Shown: in pieces, positions 40,651 to 53,802 of the stretch
How the letters are laid out: each line of letters begins with the position of its first letter
Position numbering within the stretch: the stretch's first letter is position 1
Assembly (NCBI GenBank): GCA_016748015.1
Contig: JAAOMT010000289.1
Location: 507,639 to 571,638, forward strand
Source of the DNA: Geosiphon pyriformis uo1
Lineage: Eukaryota; Fungi; Glomeromycota
Direction of reading: 5' to 3'
DNA: 64,000 bases
Program-made: the position numbers and the translations under genes
The notes under the pieces: generated by a model
Told to the model about the DNA's origin: nothing
The model's input: only the letters and a program-made list of their open reading frames with translations
Database searches by the model: none

Positions 40651-41411
40651 AGATTATAAAAAATTATAAAAAAAAATAACAGTTTAATTATTAACTTATA
40701 ATTAAAAATCTTAAAATTTTTTAAAATAATAATAATTATATTAAGATTAACTTTAATATATTATTTTAAAAAAACTTTAAAAATTTTTTTTATTTAAAGC
40801 CAAAAAATTAATTTGTTATAATATTATTTAAAAAAAAATATTAAATAATTTTTATAGCTGTAAATATGTTTTTAATAAAAATATTACTAATTATTTCAGA
40901 TACTATAAATTATAATTGTTTTATTTTTTATTTTTTATTTTAATTATAATTATAAAAATAATAATAAAATTGTTTTTTAATAAAATTTATTGTTAATTAA
41001 AAAAACTTATTATATTTATATTAATTTAAAAATTTATGTTTAATATAAAAAAATTAATAATGTTTAAAATTAATCATGTAAAGTTTAAAAACAAAACAAA
41101 TTATATAATTAAAAATACATTTTATAATTTTATTTTATATTATATTATTTTTGGCATATTTTATTTTAATTAATTATTAATTATAAAAGATAAATTTTAA
41201 CCCATTTAATATATAATTTTTTATTTTATAATATTAAATATTATGTTATTAAAATCAAAAGCTGTAATTTGTTAATTTCAGTTACCTACATATTTTAACA
41301 CTTAAAATGTAAACAATGATGATTGCTATTGTATTTAAGTATTGGCCAACGGTCATAAGACAAAGGTCCAATAATAATCATCCTAAGGGTGTCTCCCCAG
41401 TACGTAACCCT

Positions 41412-41421
41412 GTGACGTCAC
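41412..41421. promoter_or_regulatory. Palindromic CRE/ATF-type site upstream of BDF1
   Basis: GTGACGTCAC, 100 bp upstream of the ATG. Motif match only. Confidence 0.35.
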
Positions 41422-41520
41422 TCAAAGTAGTACCCTCAATCACTCAGTATCATAACCTAATATCCTTCTTGTCTTTTTTCCTTTCACCAACTTTGACCTC
41501 CCTATACACTCATCAAGACG

Positions 41521-43933
41521 ATGGCCAAAGGAAGAAAACAAAATACTAAAGCTCGACCTGAAACACCTGAAACTACAGGAAACTTGTATGTATCTTTGAC
41601 TGGTGTATTTTTTACTAGACACTAAACGGCCAGATTGGCAAAGAAAAAGCTTTTTGACAACTAAGCTCACTCGTAAACGAAAGAGTCATTAGTGTGCACC
41701 GTTTCTACTCCTATTTTATTCTCTTTATTCTCACTAAACACAAAATGCGAGGTTTTTCACGCTTTTTTGCCTGTCTTTTGGCTTTGAAAATTTTTCACTA
41801 CCTACACTTCGTCTGGCTCTATTTTAACTTCCTCGTCAACAGCAGAAATACCCAAATATCTAAAGAAATATTTCATGCCTACAACATGCTTAAATATTTC
41901 TTTCCTTATTTCCCTATGAACATAACAATTTCAGCTCTAGAAGTGACTGGCGTAAAGCTGGAATGACTCGTGAACAGCACAAATATTGTGCTAACATTAT
42001 AAAGTCTTTGAAACAATATAAACACGTTGGACCTTTTCTTGATCCGGTCGACCCTATTAAACTTAATGTTCCTGATTATCACGACATCGTCAAAACTCCT
42101 ATGGATCTTGGAACAGTCGAAAGAAGACTCAATAACTGTGAATACGAAAGCACACTTGATTTCGCAGCAGACGTTCGTCTCATATTCGGCAATTGCTACC
42201 TCTATAATGGAGTACAAGCGACTATCTCGCAATTTGCGAGGGATATGGAAGACATATTTAATAATTCATTTTCTAAGATGCCTGGAGAGGTAAATTAGTT
42301 TTGCAATTGTCATCTCTCGTTACAAAGTAAATATTATGTTAAGAGATTGCTTGTAAAGACATTTTCAAAATTGTATAGTCTGTACTTGTAAATCCTCCTC
42401 AAACTTCGACAGCTCAAAAAGTACGAAAAACTCCAAAAGTTCCAAAAGCTCCTAAAGTGGCTGAAAGTTCCTCATCAACAGCTGCTTCTGAAATCCAAAG
42501 GCCTAAACGTGAAATTCGACCTCCACCATCGAAAGATCTTCCTGATACACAATCCCTTAAGCGCAAAAAACCCTCTAAAAAGAACAATGATATTAGTTTT
42601 TGCCGTGGTGTTCTCAAAGAATTGAAGAAAAAACAACATTATCCCTACGCATATCCTTTCTATGAACCTGTTGACGCGGAAAAATTGCAAGTCCCTGATT
42701 ATTATACCGTCATAAAACAGCCGAGAGATATCCAAACGATATCGAACAAATTGGAAAACGATCAATATGAAAATGCGAAAGCATTCGAAGATGATATTCG
42801 GTTAATGTTTCGAAATTGCTATACTTATAATCCAGTCGGGAGCGATGTTTATCGAATGGGAAAACAGCTAGAGGAAGTGTTTGACAGAAAATGGAAGGAA
42901 AGGCCAATGCCTCAAACCCGACAAACCTCCGCTGAACCACAAGCAGATGATTCATCTGAATCTGGTAATTTCAAAGAGTTTTTTATGTTGCCTTACTCAG
43001 TTAAAATTTATTTATGAATTAATCTATACATGAAAATTGCTTCCATAGTGGAGGAAGATGATGAATCTCAACAACACCTAAAAGCTTTACAAAAGCATTT
43101 GGCTGCACTTCAAACACAGATTGCTTCAATGCAGAAGCCATCAAAAACAAAGCCCAAAAAAGCTTCTTCGAAAACCTCCAAGACATCCTCTAAGAAAGGG
43201 GGTACTAAAACAACTAAGGATGCACCACCAAAAAAAAATTCAAAGAAGCCGCGTCCTAGTACTGCTGCTCCTCGACCTGTAATCATGGAAGAGGAATCAC
43301 CTTTAAGCGCTGAGCAAAAGAACGATCTCAGTGAACGAATTCTTCATCTCTCAGAAGAAGGGATGTCCGATCTAATTGAATTAATCCGTGCTAGTGGCGC
43401 TCCGTTGGAGGTATGCCAAATAATGTATGATCGATAAAATGCTAACTCGATTTATGCTTTATCGAGGATAACAATTTTTTGTTATCTGATTAAAATTCAG
43501 GCTGATGATGGCAATTATGAACTTGAAATCGAATCAGTTGACAACGCTACTGCGCGCAAAATTTACGATTTTGTTTTAAGTAACACAAATTTGCCCAAGA
43601 AGCCTCCGGCTAAAAAGCAGCGAGTTGCCTACAATGAAGCAGAGCAACAAAGGCAAATTGAACAATTGGAAACTCAATTGAAAAAGTTTGAACCAACAAA
43701 TGATGAAGAGTCTGGTAAAATATCTCCCAATATTTTATCGTATACTTTTGTGTTCCCGATCTTAACTGAACGACCTTTTTTTTATAGCGGAATCTCACGT
43801 AACTAGCTCAGTCCCTATGGAGTATGTCGAATATTCTAACTATGACATCTCCCAAGACGAATCTAGTGATGCCGAAACAGAGTCTTCGGGTACCGGGACG
43901 GATGATTCAGGTAGTAGCAGTGACTCTTCATAG
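41521..43933 (+). CDS. BDF1: BET-family double bromodomain + ET protein
   Basis: BD1 GPFLDPVDPIKLNVPDYHDIVKTPMDLGT...NCYLYN; BD2 AYPFYEPVDAEKLQVPDYYTVIKQP...NCYTYN; ET-like LSAEQKNDLSERI...YELEIESVDN; acidic Ser-rich tail. Confidence 0.93.
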
Positions 43934-44318
43934 ACATTAGATGTCTTGAGAATGATATCTTTCCCCTATACTCTCCTTTATGTTTCCTTCAATTCATTTG
44001 TCGCAAAGTGATCCCCTTATCAACTTAATATAGTTGAGTTGCTTTGCTGTATACACTCAATATTTGAAACTTGATCCTATTTTCGATAACTGATAAAATA
44101 TTGTTATATCGATCCACGATGGAGGGCTTTACAATATTGTATGGGAAACACTCAGTATTAAGACTACTCTCACGTCGATGTTTTCAGAAAGAAGGGGCTG
44201 AGAAAGCTTCCCATATTATTTTGTGATTTATAATAAACTCTCAAGTACCTTGATGCATGCTTTTGCATACTGAAATCTCATTCTTTTTTTTTCTGTTTTC
44301 TGATAAATACGAATATAC

Positions 44319-45980
44319 TTGAAAAATTTCACAACCTGCTCCTTATGCACTTCAAATCCTACGATAGAAAAGTCTCCCCGACCCGCAAAACGTACAGTAT
44401 CTAGAAAGTCCTCATGCACTTCGAAATCAACACTAGCTAGCCGAAATTCTTCCACAAACAAGGCTTCCACTTCCATTGCGAAACAACCAACAATAAACAA
44501 TGCTTCCAGTATTGCCTCAACGTCAACGGATAGGAAGCCCTCCGTTTCAAATGCAAAATCCACTTTCTCAAATCCTACCTCGATATCAGCAATTAAGAAC
44601 TCTTCTGCATCAAACACAAAATCCACTACTTCTAATTCTGCCTCGATTTCAACGACTAAAAAAACCGCTGCTTCCAACATGAGTTCTATAAATCCCACCT
44701 CCCTATCGATGGCTAGTAAATCATCCCTTTCAGACACGAAAACATCAGTAATAAGCAATCCCTCCGGTTTTACCTCGACTCTAACGAGGGCGCCAACAAA
44801 TAAGCGAAAGTCTCCTGCAACAACCGAGTCCTTCGGTTCTATCTCGACTTTAGCAAAGACACCAACAGATAAGGGGAAGGTACTCGCGACAAGTGAATTC
44901 TCACCCACAAATGGGAAATTAACTGTAGCTGGGCAGCCGACCACATCTAGTTCAATAGTTACGGGAGTTAACAAGCCCGAGTTATTTGGTTCAACGTTAG
45001 CTGGGCAGACAACCTTTCCTAATTCAAAATTTATCGGAAACGGGGGGCCCATCTCACTTAATTCACTATCTACAGAAGCTATCCAGTCCAAATATTTTGC
45101 TCCAAAATCTATGCGAGCTAGCCAATCAGACTTATTTGGTTCAACGGTAGCTGGGAAGTCGACGAAAGCTGGGAAGCTGGACCTAGATTCGCTGCCACCC
45201 TTGCCAAATTCAATATCTACCGGAGTTGGGCAGGGGAAGTTGTCTTATTTAGAAACGTTGGATTCTGTCGAAACTCCTGTCGAGGTGATATATGCGGAAT
45301 GATTCTCCATTTGCTTATTAGCTACAAATATCTACAATAAAATAAGTTTTTTCGCATAATAATTATAACTGTATTTTTACTTTTAATTGAAAATCTTACC
45401 GCAAATCAAAGATATATCGAAATGTAGCGATTCCTCCGATTCCAATGATTAAACATGAACTTGATGAGCTGGCTGTAAATATATTCACTTTGTTGTTTGC
45501 TTTTTGATAAAATTGATGTGTTTTTGGCTGATTTTGTTTGACTCGCCTCTTCATAGAGACGAAAACAGGAAAAAGAAGAGGAGTTCAAAAGAAAAAGGGA
45601 GGAATTTCTCCGAGCGATCCAAGAACAGGAGGAGCAAGCAGCTCGTGAAAAAGAAAAAGCAGCTCGCGAAAAGGAAAAAGCAGAAAGAGAGGAACGCAGA
45701 AAACAGTATAGGCTGATGCAAATTAAGAATTTAAGAGAGAAAGATCGAGTACGCCATGAAAAATATGTCAGTATTATTAAATTTTGAAAGGCTAATTGAT
45801 TTTTGGTTTAATTATTGGGCTTTTCGAAAATTTTACAGATAAAACATACCGAAAAAAAAGAATTCTGCTATCATCAATTGTCGGAAGCACAAGAATACTT
45901 GTCAACTCACGAGTTTGAAATCTACCGATATCATGTAGAGAAGGCCGGTGTCTGGGGTCTCGCCTTACCCCATCCATAGG
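44319..45980 (+). CDS. Hypothetical protein: Ser/Thr-rich low-complexity N-terminal half, charged coiled coil, short C-terminal domain; start uncertain
   Basis: A 327-aa ORF splices in frame via three GT-AG introns to IYRNVAIPPIPMIKHELDELA / RRKQEKEEEF...HEKY / IKHTEKKEFCYHQLSEA...WGLALPHP*. Confidence 0.7.
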
Positions 45981-46165
45981 CGATTAAGGAAATGATCTTC
46001 CGTTGCTCACATTGATCTGCTTATCTGCACAATAAAATTCTCCACTCCTTTAAAAAATGGTTTTCATTTAATTTTTTTTCCAAAATGGCATAGATTTTTA
46101 ATGGCTACGCGGAGAAACGCAAAATGAATAATAAAGTACTAATAATTTCGTTTGTATCCTATTAT

Positions 46166-47420
46166 TCATGATAAATCTGTGACATAGCAATGGGTTTTCT
46201 TCAAAAAATCATCAATAGACAATGCTATTTTCCAATCTTGGTGGCCTGCGCCTAGATAAAAGATTCGTGGTTGAAGATCTGTTGTAATACTGTTGGTCAT
46301 AATAATCGGTATCGGAAAGGTCATGCCTATATTTGATTTTCAAAAATAGAACCATAAATAATGGGAATATGAGAATATATAGGGGATTTATTTTTCTAGG
46401 GATAAAATTAGAAACAGAAACGATGAGAGAATGAACAAATCCGTGAGATCCTACCTATAGGTGAGACACCATTACTTCCGAAACCAGTTAATTCCATTGT
46501 TTTCTGAAATAAAAACAAAGCCAATTAAAAAGAAAACCGAGAAAGAATTTTGGTACAACGTTTTATGCTATCTTACTTTTTTACTAGCCAACCGAAAATT
46601 GAATTGCTTTTTACTAAATTGTTTCTGACTGAGGGATCGTACAAAGTTGGCCAGTTTTTGTGTATTGATAGATGTTATGTACTGTGATGTGAGGGTGGAG
46701 ATCAATAATGATAAATTAATTGTGACGATCCATTAGATCTTCGAAAGTTCTATTACCTGTACAATTACACAATAATATTTCGAATTTGTTGGATCTATGA
46801 TGGGACCGTTAATTAAGAAAGAGATTTTTAAATGATTTCCATATTAACAAATATCCAACACAAACCTTCAGTATTGTTCTGAATGTATCTGGTATTCTCG
46901 AAAATTACGCATTTACAAAGATGTTTGATTGAAGGTGCAACTAAACGAAAGCTTTTGGGATAAATGATAATATTGGATTTTTTTTAAAAAAATAAGTGGT
47001 ATTTTATCATGGAGAACTTTTATTCCAAAGAAAAAAATCTAAAAGATATATACGCCCGTCGTTGAAGTTCCCACTCATAATAATCAGGTTCAACATGGTA
47101 AAACCGTGCAAAATGACGTAGTCCAAGTTTCTTACACGCTTGTGCGACCTGTTTGGTGAAACCCGAGGAAAACGATATTTGAGCCAAAAAAGAATAAGGC
47201 CAAAAATTACTCCAACTTTTTAATTCGAAAGTTTTATGTCCTGTAAACCTACGTGCTTGACAGTTTCCGGAGCGTCTTCGGGTAACTGAGAATTTCTTGC
47301 TTTGCGTTCAAAATACTCTAAATAAGGAGAGTCTAGCGCAGGAGAAGCATATAGAGCCGTTATAGACTTTGTTAAGGTTTCCAAGACTTCAATTGTGGAA
47401 TTTGGGTCGACGAGCGCCAT
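46166..47420 (-). CDS. YbaK/prolyl-tRNA-synthetase-associated (trans-editing) domain protein; 7 exons
   Basis: VEPDYYEWELQRRA, HLCKCVIFENT, DPTNSKYYCVIVQY, FNFRLA, ELTGFGSNGVSPIGM, YLGAGHQDWKI. Confidence 0.85.
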
Positions 47421-47602
47421 ATTTCATATTTGTTGACAGAACAGTCGATCAAATTTATTATTATTATTATTGATGTTAAGACAAATAAATATAGGTAGAT
47501 AATTCTGTAATTTCGAAATTCAAATTCATAGGTTCCCGCGCGAATCTTGTCCACTGTTCAAAACGGGACCTCCAATATTTTAAAATCATTTTTACTTTTG
47601 AT

Positions 47603-48235
47603 TCAACTTTTGACAATATTTGATGAGGCAAGGCGGCGAAAAGCAAGCATTAATGGTCCAATAATCCTCTCTGCTAACCAAGGTGTCAACCAAACACATG
47701 CAGCAATGCGCACAGGTAGTAAAATCTGAAACAAAAATTTTTTACTGACATATCTAGATCAAAGAGTGATTTTAGCATAGTTTAAGGAAAAACTTACTTT
47801 TACAATAGCATAACTGGTAGCAGCATTAATGGCAACCCTTGAACCATTTTCAAATCCTTTCCACCCATAATAGTTTACAACTTTATTGATAAAACGATTG
47901 CCATCATCCATCATTTTTTCTGGAAAAGGAATATTGACACCTGTTCTATCTAAAAAAATATATACTATTGGTATAGGTATTATAGCGGTTATTTCGTGCA
48001 AAAGGGCAAAAGAAAATATGTAAGAAGCTGGCTTTGAACGGAAGCGTGCGGCATATTTTCGCCATCCTTTCAAAGATTCCTCGGGTGGTTTTGATTGAGT
48101 TGAAAGAGAACGATAATAAATAAATTTTGAAGCTTTGAAAAGATTATGGTTAGAGTATCCTTTAGGATTATCACGCCAATAAAATCTTGAATATTGTTGT
48201 CTAAGAAATCGGTTGCAAAAATTTAAATTTTTCAT
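47603..48235 (-). CDS. MRX11: Mitochondrial Mrx11/FLILHELTA-family membrane protein; 2 exons
   Basis: RFRSKPASYIFSFALLHEITAIIP and ATSYAIVK-ILLPVRIAACVWLTPW, with a presequence-like N-terminus. Confidence 0.85.
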
Positions 48236-48799
48236 AGTAGCTTTTTCTAAATTATGAAATAATAAATACCAGTTTCGAATACCACATTACTTAAAACTGT
48301 TGTCCGCTTTCACGTGATATTATCCTTTATCCCCTGTACACAAAAATTTAAAATATTTAATTAGATTTAATTGGAAGATTGAGTAGACCAATCAAGTACT
48401 TTAATCTTATTTTCTTCAAACCATTGCTTTGTAGAACAGATGGTATGTTTAAAATTATTATTTTGTTGAAAAATAATTATTAATCTTCTATTGTTTAAGA
48501 TTGATATTTTTTTAAAAATAAAATTTTTTTATTTAATTCATAATTTTGACACAAAATTTTTTTTTACAATGCTTTTGCATTAATTTTAATTTTAATTTTT
48601 AATTGTTTTTGGCCAATAACAGTATTAATATATTATTTTAATATAATAAATTATAAACAATAAAAAATTTTAAACATTCAAATTTTAAAGATATTAAATT
48701 TATTTATTATTATAAATAATTAATTATCTTTAATTATTATTGTTATTATTATTATTATTTCTTTTTATTATGTTTTTAAATTTAATTAAATATAATTAT

Positions 48800-50500
48800 T
48801 TTTTATTTTTTTATTTTAATAAATAAGATCTAATATTATTTAATATAATACATCAAACTAAATAATCTAAACTAAGTATAAATTACATACTTTCTATATA
48901 TAATTAGTTATTTAAACCAATTAAAATAATATTATAGATTTATTTTAATAAAAACATTATTATTAACATTAAAAAAAAATATATACAATTTGTATAAACT
49001 AAAACAAATACTAAATATCTTAAAATTTTATAACACTATTAAAAAACAGTAACAACAAATTACAAATAACAGAAAACATTAAATTATTACAAAATATTAA
49101 ATTATTTTTCTTTAAAATAATTTTAAACTTAAATTAAACCAATTATATCTTATTGTAATAAGTTATTTTTAAATTATATATAAAATTCATAATTTTATTA
49201 ACTGTAATTTTAGTATTACCAAAAATAAACAAAATTATTAAGTATTATTTCTTAAAAACAAAACTTTTGTATAAAGTAATATATAATATATTATTAAATA
49301 TACATAAAAAAAACAACTATAAAACACAAAATAATAACAAATACAAATCTAATATAAATTTTTACAGAATAATATATAATTTTAACAATTTTTTATAAAT
49401 ATTAAAATTTATCTTATATAAAAAAATGTTTAAAAAACTCAATTTTTTTACAATACAAATACAAAATATTGTAATATTTTTTATTATATAAATGTTTTTA
49501 AATAATAATAAATAAATAATAATATAAAGTTTTTATAAAATAAAAATAAAAATTTGTTGTAAATATATTTGTATATTTAAAAATTATATATAAATTAAGA
49601 TATTAAACCAAAAAAGTTTAAATTCAATTAATATTTTTTTAATAATTCTAATATTAAATCTAGTTTTCTAATAAACATAACAAACAGTCTTAAAAATATT
49701 ATAAACAAAATATTAAACATTTTTAAAAACAGTTATATTATTAATTTTAATATATCTTTTATAAACATAAACAAAAAATATTTAATCTAAGCAAAAAACA
49801 ATATTAGTTAATTTATTAATCTTTTTATTATCCAAAATATCTAAGTAGATTTAACTTTTAATCAAATAATATTAAGATTATTATTCTTAACAATATTTAT
49901 AATATAATATTTTTTCAATTAACAATAGTTTCAAAAATTTAACAATATTAGATTCAATTTAAATAAACATATATTCAAAACAGTTTAATTATTTAAGTTT
50001 ATTACAACTGTATTAAAAATAAAAACATACTTTAAAGTTAAAGTAATTGTTTATAATTTTACCAATATAAAAAAAACCAATTTATCTATTTTAATATTAA
50101 TAATTATATTTAAATTAGCAAAAAACACAACAGTTTTACTTTTTACTTTAATTGTATCCAAATTTTTTAAAAAATTATTTGTATAAACATTAATAACACT
50201 TAAATTAACAATTAATAAACTTTTTTTTATTGTAAAAAACTAAATATATTAAAAGATTAAAAATTATTATTCAAAGATAAAACAATATAATAAAAAATTT
50301 TACTATTCAAATAACTAATTGCCAACCTAAATCTAATAATTAAACAATATAAATATTTAATTTTACAAATAAAATTCAAAAATTCAATAAATTTAATTAG
50401 TATTAAAATAAAAGTTTTAACAGACAAAAATAAAAATTATTATAATTAACAAAATTTAAAATTATTATACTTTAAAAAATAATTTAATTTAAAAACAATT
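48800..50500 (-). mobile_element. Very degenerate LINE 3' portion (RNase H region to tail)
   Basis: The family 3'-UTR is recognisable at about 48810-48940. Patches are colinear with copy 1 (aaaacttttgtataaagt vs aaacccttgcacagagct; aaacatactttaaagttaaagtaattg vs aaatacactcaaatgccaaagcaatg). Confidence 0.65.
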
Positions 50501-51253
50501 AAATTTTATAAAAATCAAATAATAACATAATTTTTAAACATAATTTTTAATTAATAATATTAAATTATATCTATTTTTTAATTGTAAATAAAATAATTTA
50601 TGTTTTAATATTTCATATATATATAAAATTATAATAAAAATATTTTTTAAATTATATTTTTTTTTGTTATAATTATTTAAATAAATTTTGTTTAAAATAC
50701 TTTTTTCATTTCTTAAAAAATCTGAATTATTAATTTTTAAAGTTTGTTTTTTTTGTTAATTACTCTTTATGTAATTGTAACACATAAAAATTTTATAAGT
50801 ATTTTAATTAATTCTATAAAAATATAATAGAAAAATGTAGTCCATTATGATTTAATTAGTAAAGAACAGCAATGATAAAAACTTTTCAATATTTCAAGCA
50901 AATGTAAAACACTATCTTTACGAAATAATATCTCTACTAATTTACGTTAAAAGTGATTGTTGATACAAAGTTTAGGGAGAGTACGCATGTGCGTTTTTTG
51001 TGTGGCTTTGAGTGGCGTATTAAATATCAAATGTGCCAATTCAAAAATTTCTTTTTATGGTTTCACATCACACAAATTTTATCAAGTAGAAATTATTCAA
51101 ACTTTTTTGAAATGTGATCATGATTATACGAAAGGCAATATAGATAATTTGTTATAAAGGGTTTTTCAGAGAAAGCTTAGCTTAGAACCTGTCACTACCT
51201 TTACTAATCCCCATTGGTAACCTTCCTCTCAGCTCCTGTGATAAAACTTCCGG

Positions 51254-52952
51254 ATGAATAGACTAAATCATGAAGGCTTGCTCGTGTTGGAACAGCCCTT
51301 CATAAAAGTTAGTGTGTCCTAAGTTGGTGTGTGTGTGGGTCTATAATTAGATGACTCAAAATAAAATATTCACCCTTTAATAACAACTTCTCTATAAAAG
51401 GTTCCGTTGGAACAACTAAAAAAATCGGCCCGTATTTCTCAGAAACAACTCGATAAAGAGTTTACCAACGTCGCCCAAAGCATCACCGAACTCGCCTCTA
51501 AAACAAGTCAGGACAAGATTGGTACACTCGAAGCCACAGAAGCTATTGAAAGTATGGTTGGTCGACTGCAAAACTTAAAGCGAAAGGTGTCTTTCCCTTT
51601 TATTTCTTGAGGTTACCAAAAACTCGGAACATTAAAAAATTCCCTATTCCCCACTTGAGCTAATAATTTTCCCAATCCAACACATAGCTAAACGACATGA
51701 AAGAAGAGGAAACCATGTACGTGGCTCGCAGTCGAAAACGGCTCGAACATCTTCACGAATTGACACAAATTTCAAATTCCAACTCTGAGACGTATATTCA
51801 ATGGAGCCGGGTTCGCCTTGATCGAATCTTGGTCGATTATATGCTTCGCGAAGGGTTGGGTGAGACAGCCCAGAAATTGGCAAATCAAGAAGGAATTGAT
51901 GTGAGCTCCCTTCTTTTGGTGTTACAGCTGTAGCCAATCTCAAGGAGTTCCTAATATTTATCATGAAATAACGTTTTTTAATCTTAAATCCATTCTCTTC
52001 GCATTAAGAAGCAGTATGTTGATGTTGAGTTATTTACCCAGTCGAGGCGTGTTGAGCAAGCTTTAAGACAGTACAGCTGTACTGAAGCACTACAGTGGTG
52101 TAAAGAAAACAAATCGAATCTGAGTAAAAAAAATGTAAGGCTGTTCTTGGTTTTTATATGTTTCCTCATTATCAAAGATGACATCAATAATTTTTTCATA
52201 GAGCACTTTGGAATTTAACCTTCGTCTTCAAGAATATATTGAACTTGCACGAGCACGACGGACCTCTGAGGCGATTACCTATTCTCGAAAACATCTGACC
52301 CAATGGCCAGAAACACATTTCAAAGATATTCAACAGGCATTAGCTTTGCTCGCATTTTCTCCCAATACAACATGTCCCCCATACAAGGTTTTTCATTGCA
52401 TTTTTCTTCCCGATTGTTTTACAACTGACTAACACCAAGTTTATAGAAATTGTATGATACGGCACGCTGGGATGGGCTTATTGAACAATTTCGTTCGGAT
52501 AATTTTGCACTGAATTCCTTGACATCGCAGCCTCTTCTTTCAGTCACTCTCCAGGCTGGTTTATCTGCTCTGAAAACACCAATGTGTTATCAATTAGAAA
52601 ACCGAAATATTAATTGTCCTGTTTGTTCACGTGACACACTTGGAATGTTGGCTGAAAATTTACCCTTAAGTCACCATGTCAACTCTACAATTGTTTGTCG
52701 CTTGAGTGGGGAGATTATGGATGAAGATAATGCTCCGATGGCTTTGCCAAATGGTTACGTCTATTCACAAAAGGTATTAAAAACACGAATATTGAGTTTA
52801 TCAAATTTATGGAAACTTGAACGAGATTGAACCGTTGGTTTCTTTTTCAGGCTCTTAATGAAATGGCTGGAAAAAATGATGGAAAGGTGGAATGTCCTAG
52901 GACTGGAACTGTTTTTGATATATCACAATTAAAGAAAGTCTTTATATCTTAA
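51254..52952 (+). CDS. FYV10: GID/CTLH E3 ligase subunit Fyv10/Gid9 (MAEA)
   Basis: LEQPFIK-VPLEQLKK; LisH RLDRILVDYMLREG; CTLH EALQWCKEN...LEFNLRLQEYIEL; LQAGLSALKTPMC; CPVC...LPLSHH; ALPNGYVYS; CPRTG. Confidence 0.94.
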
Positions 52953-53802
52953 TGTATCTGACTATTGATATTTGGGACTTTATAATTGTATCCATTGTCT
53001 GTTCATTAAATTTTATGAAGAAAATGGAATCAAATAAAAGTTTCTCATATATATGTATGACTGATTTTCAAGATTCAAAAGTCTGGTTTTTGTTTGTTAT
53101 TACCTCACCAACTTCCTGCGATCCACCCTTAACAAGGAGAGGTCACGGGGCTTATGCAACTTTAAATGCTTTATCTTGTCGATTTTCTCTTCTGCAATGA
53201 CTAATCTACACTTACGGAAATTTGAAGATTATAATTCCCAAATCCTCCCTTGCAAACTGTGGAAACCACCTTTGGCCTGGGGGAAGGAATCCAAGCAACT
53301 GCAAGGACACCATTCACAAAGCTAGCACAGTTTTTGTTGATGATTCCAAAATTGAGACTTTATCTTGGTTTTATACATTATGAATGGCATGTTAAAGATT
53401 GCCTTCTCGCCGCGTTGCCTAGGCAAATGTTCAGGAAGCGCTTTGGACGATTAATGTCGATATAACCGAAGGATGATCATCGAGACAATAATATACTTAA
53501 AAATTGATTACAATAATTGTGTAGTTTTAATGAGGCTATAGACTGTTGTTTCCCAAGTTATCGAGAGTCCCGAACAATTAATGGCCAGGTGTGAAGCTGT
53601 CTTTGTTCATACCTTTCGAGTGGCTGGAAATTTAAATAGAAAAAAGGATGCTGTTTTGATCATATCCAGGAATTGATCGGAGTGAATAGTGTTAAGGAAA
53701 TATTTAAGGGTCAGTTTATTATATTTGACTTGATCATTCATTAATATTTTATTAATTTCTCTCAGATTGACAATAATATTTATTCTGAAATAAATGATTA
53801 AT

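Noticed and set aside
41460-41470. Other ATATCCTT matches (41460, about 42651, 62491, and minus strand near 11425)
   Set aside because: They lie upstream of a start codon, inside uninterrupted exons, or on the non-coding strand; no intron is needed there.
53140-53157. CACGGGGCTTA resembling the 3' conserved region of RNase MRP RNA
   Set aside because: No upstream GAAAGTCCCC partner to form helix P4.
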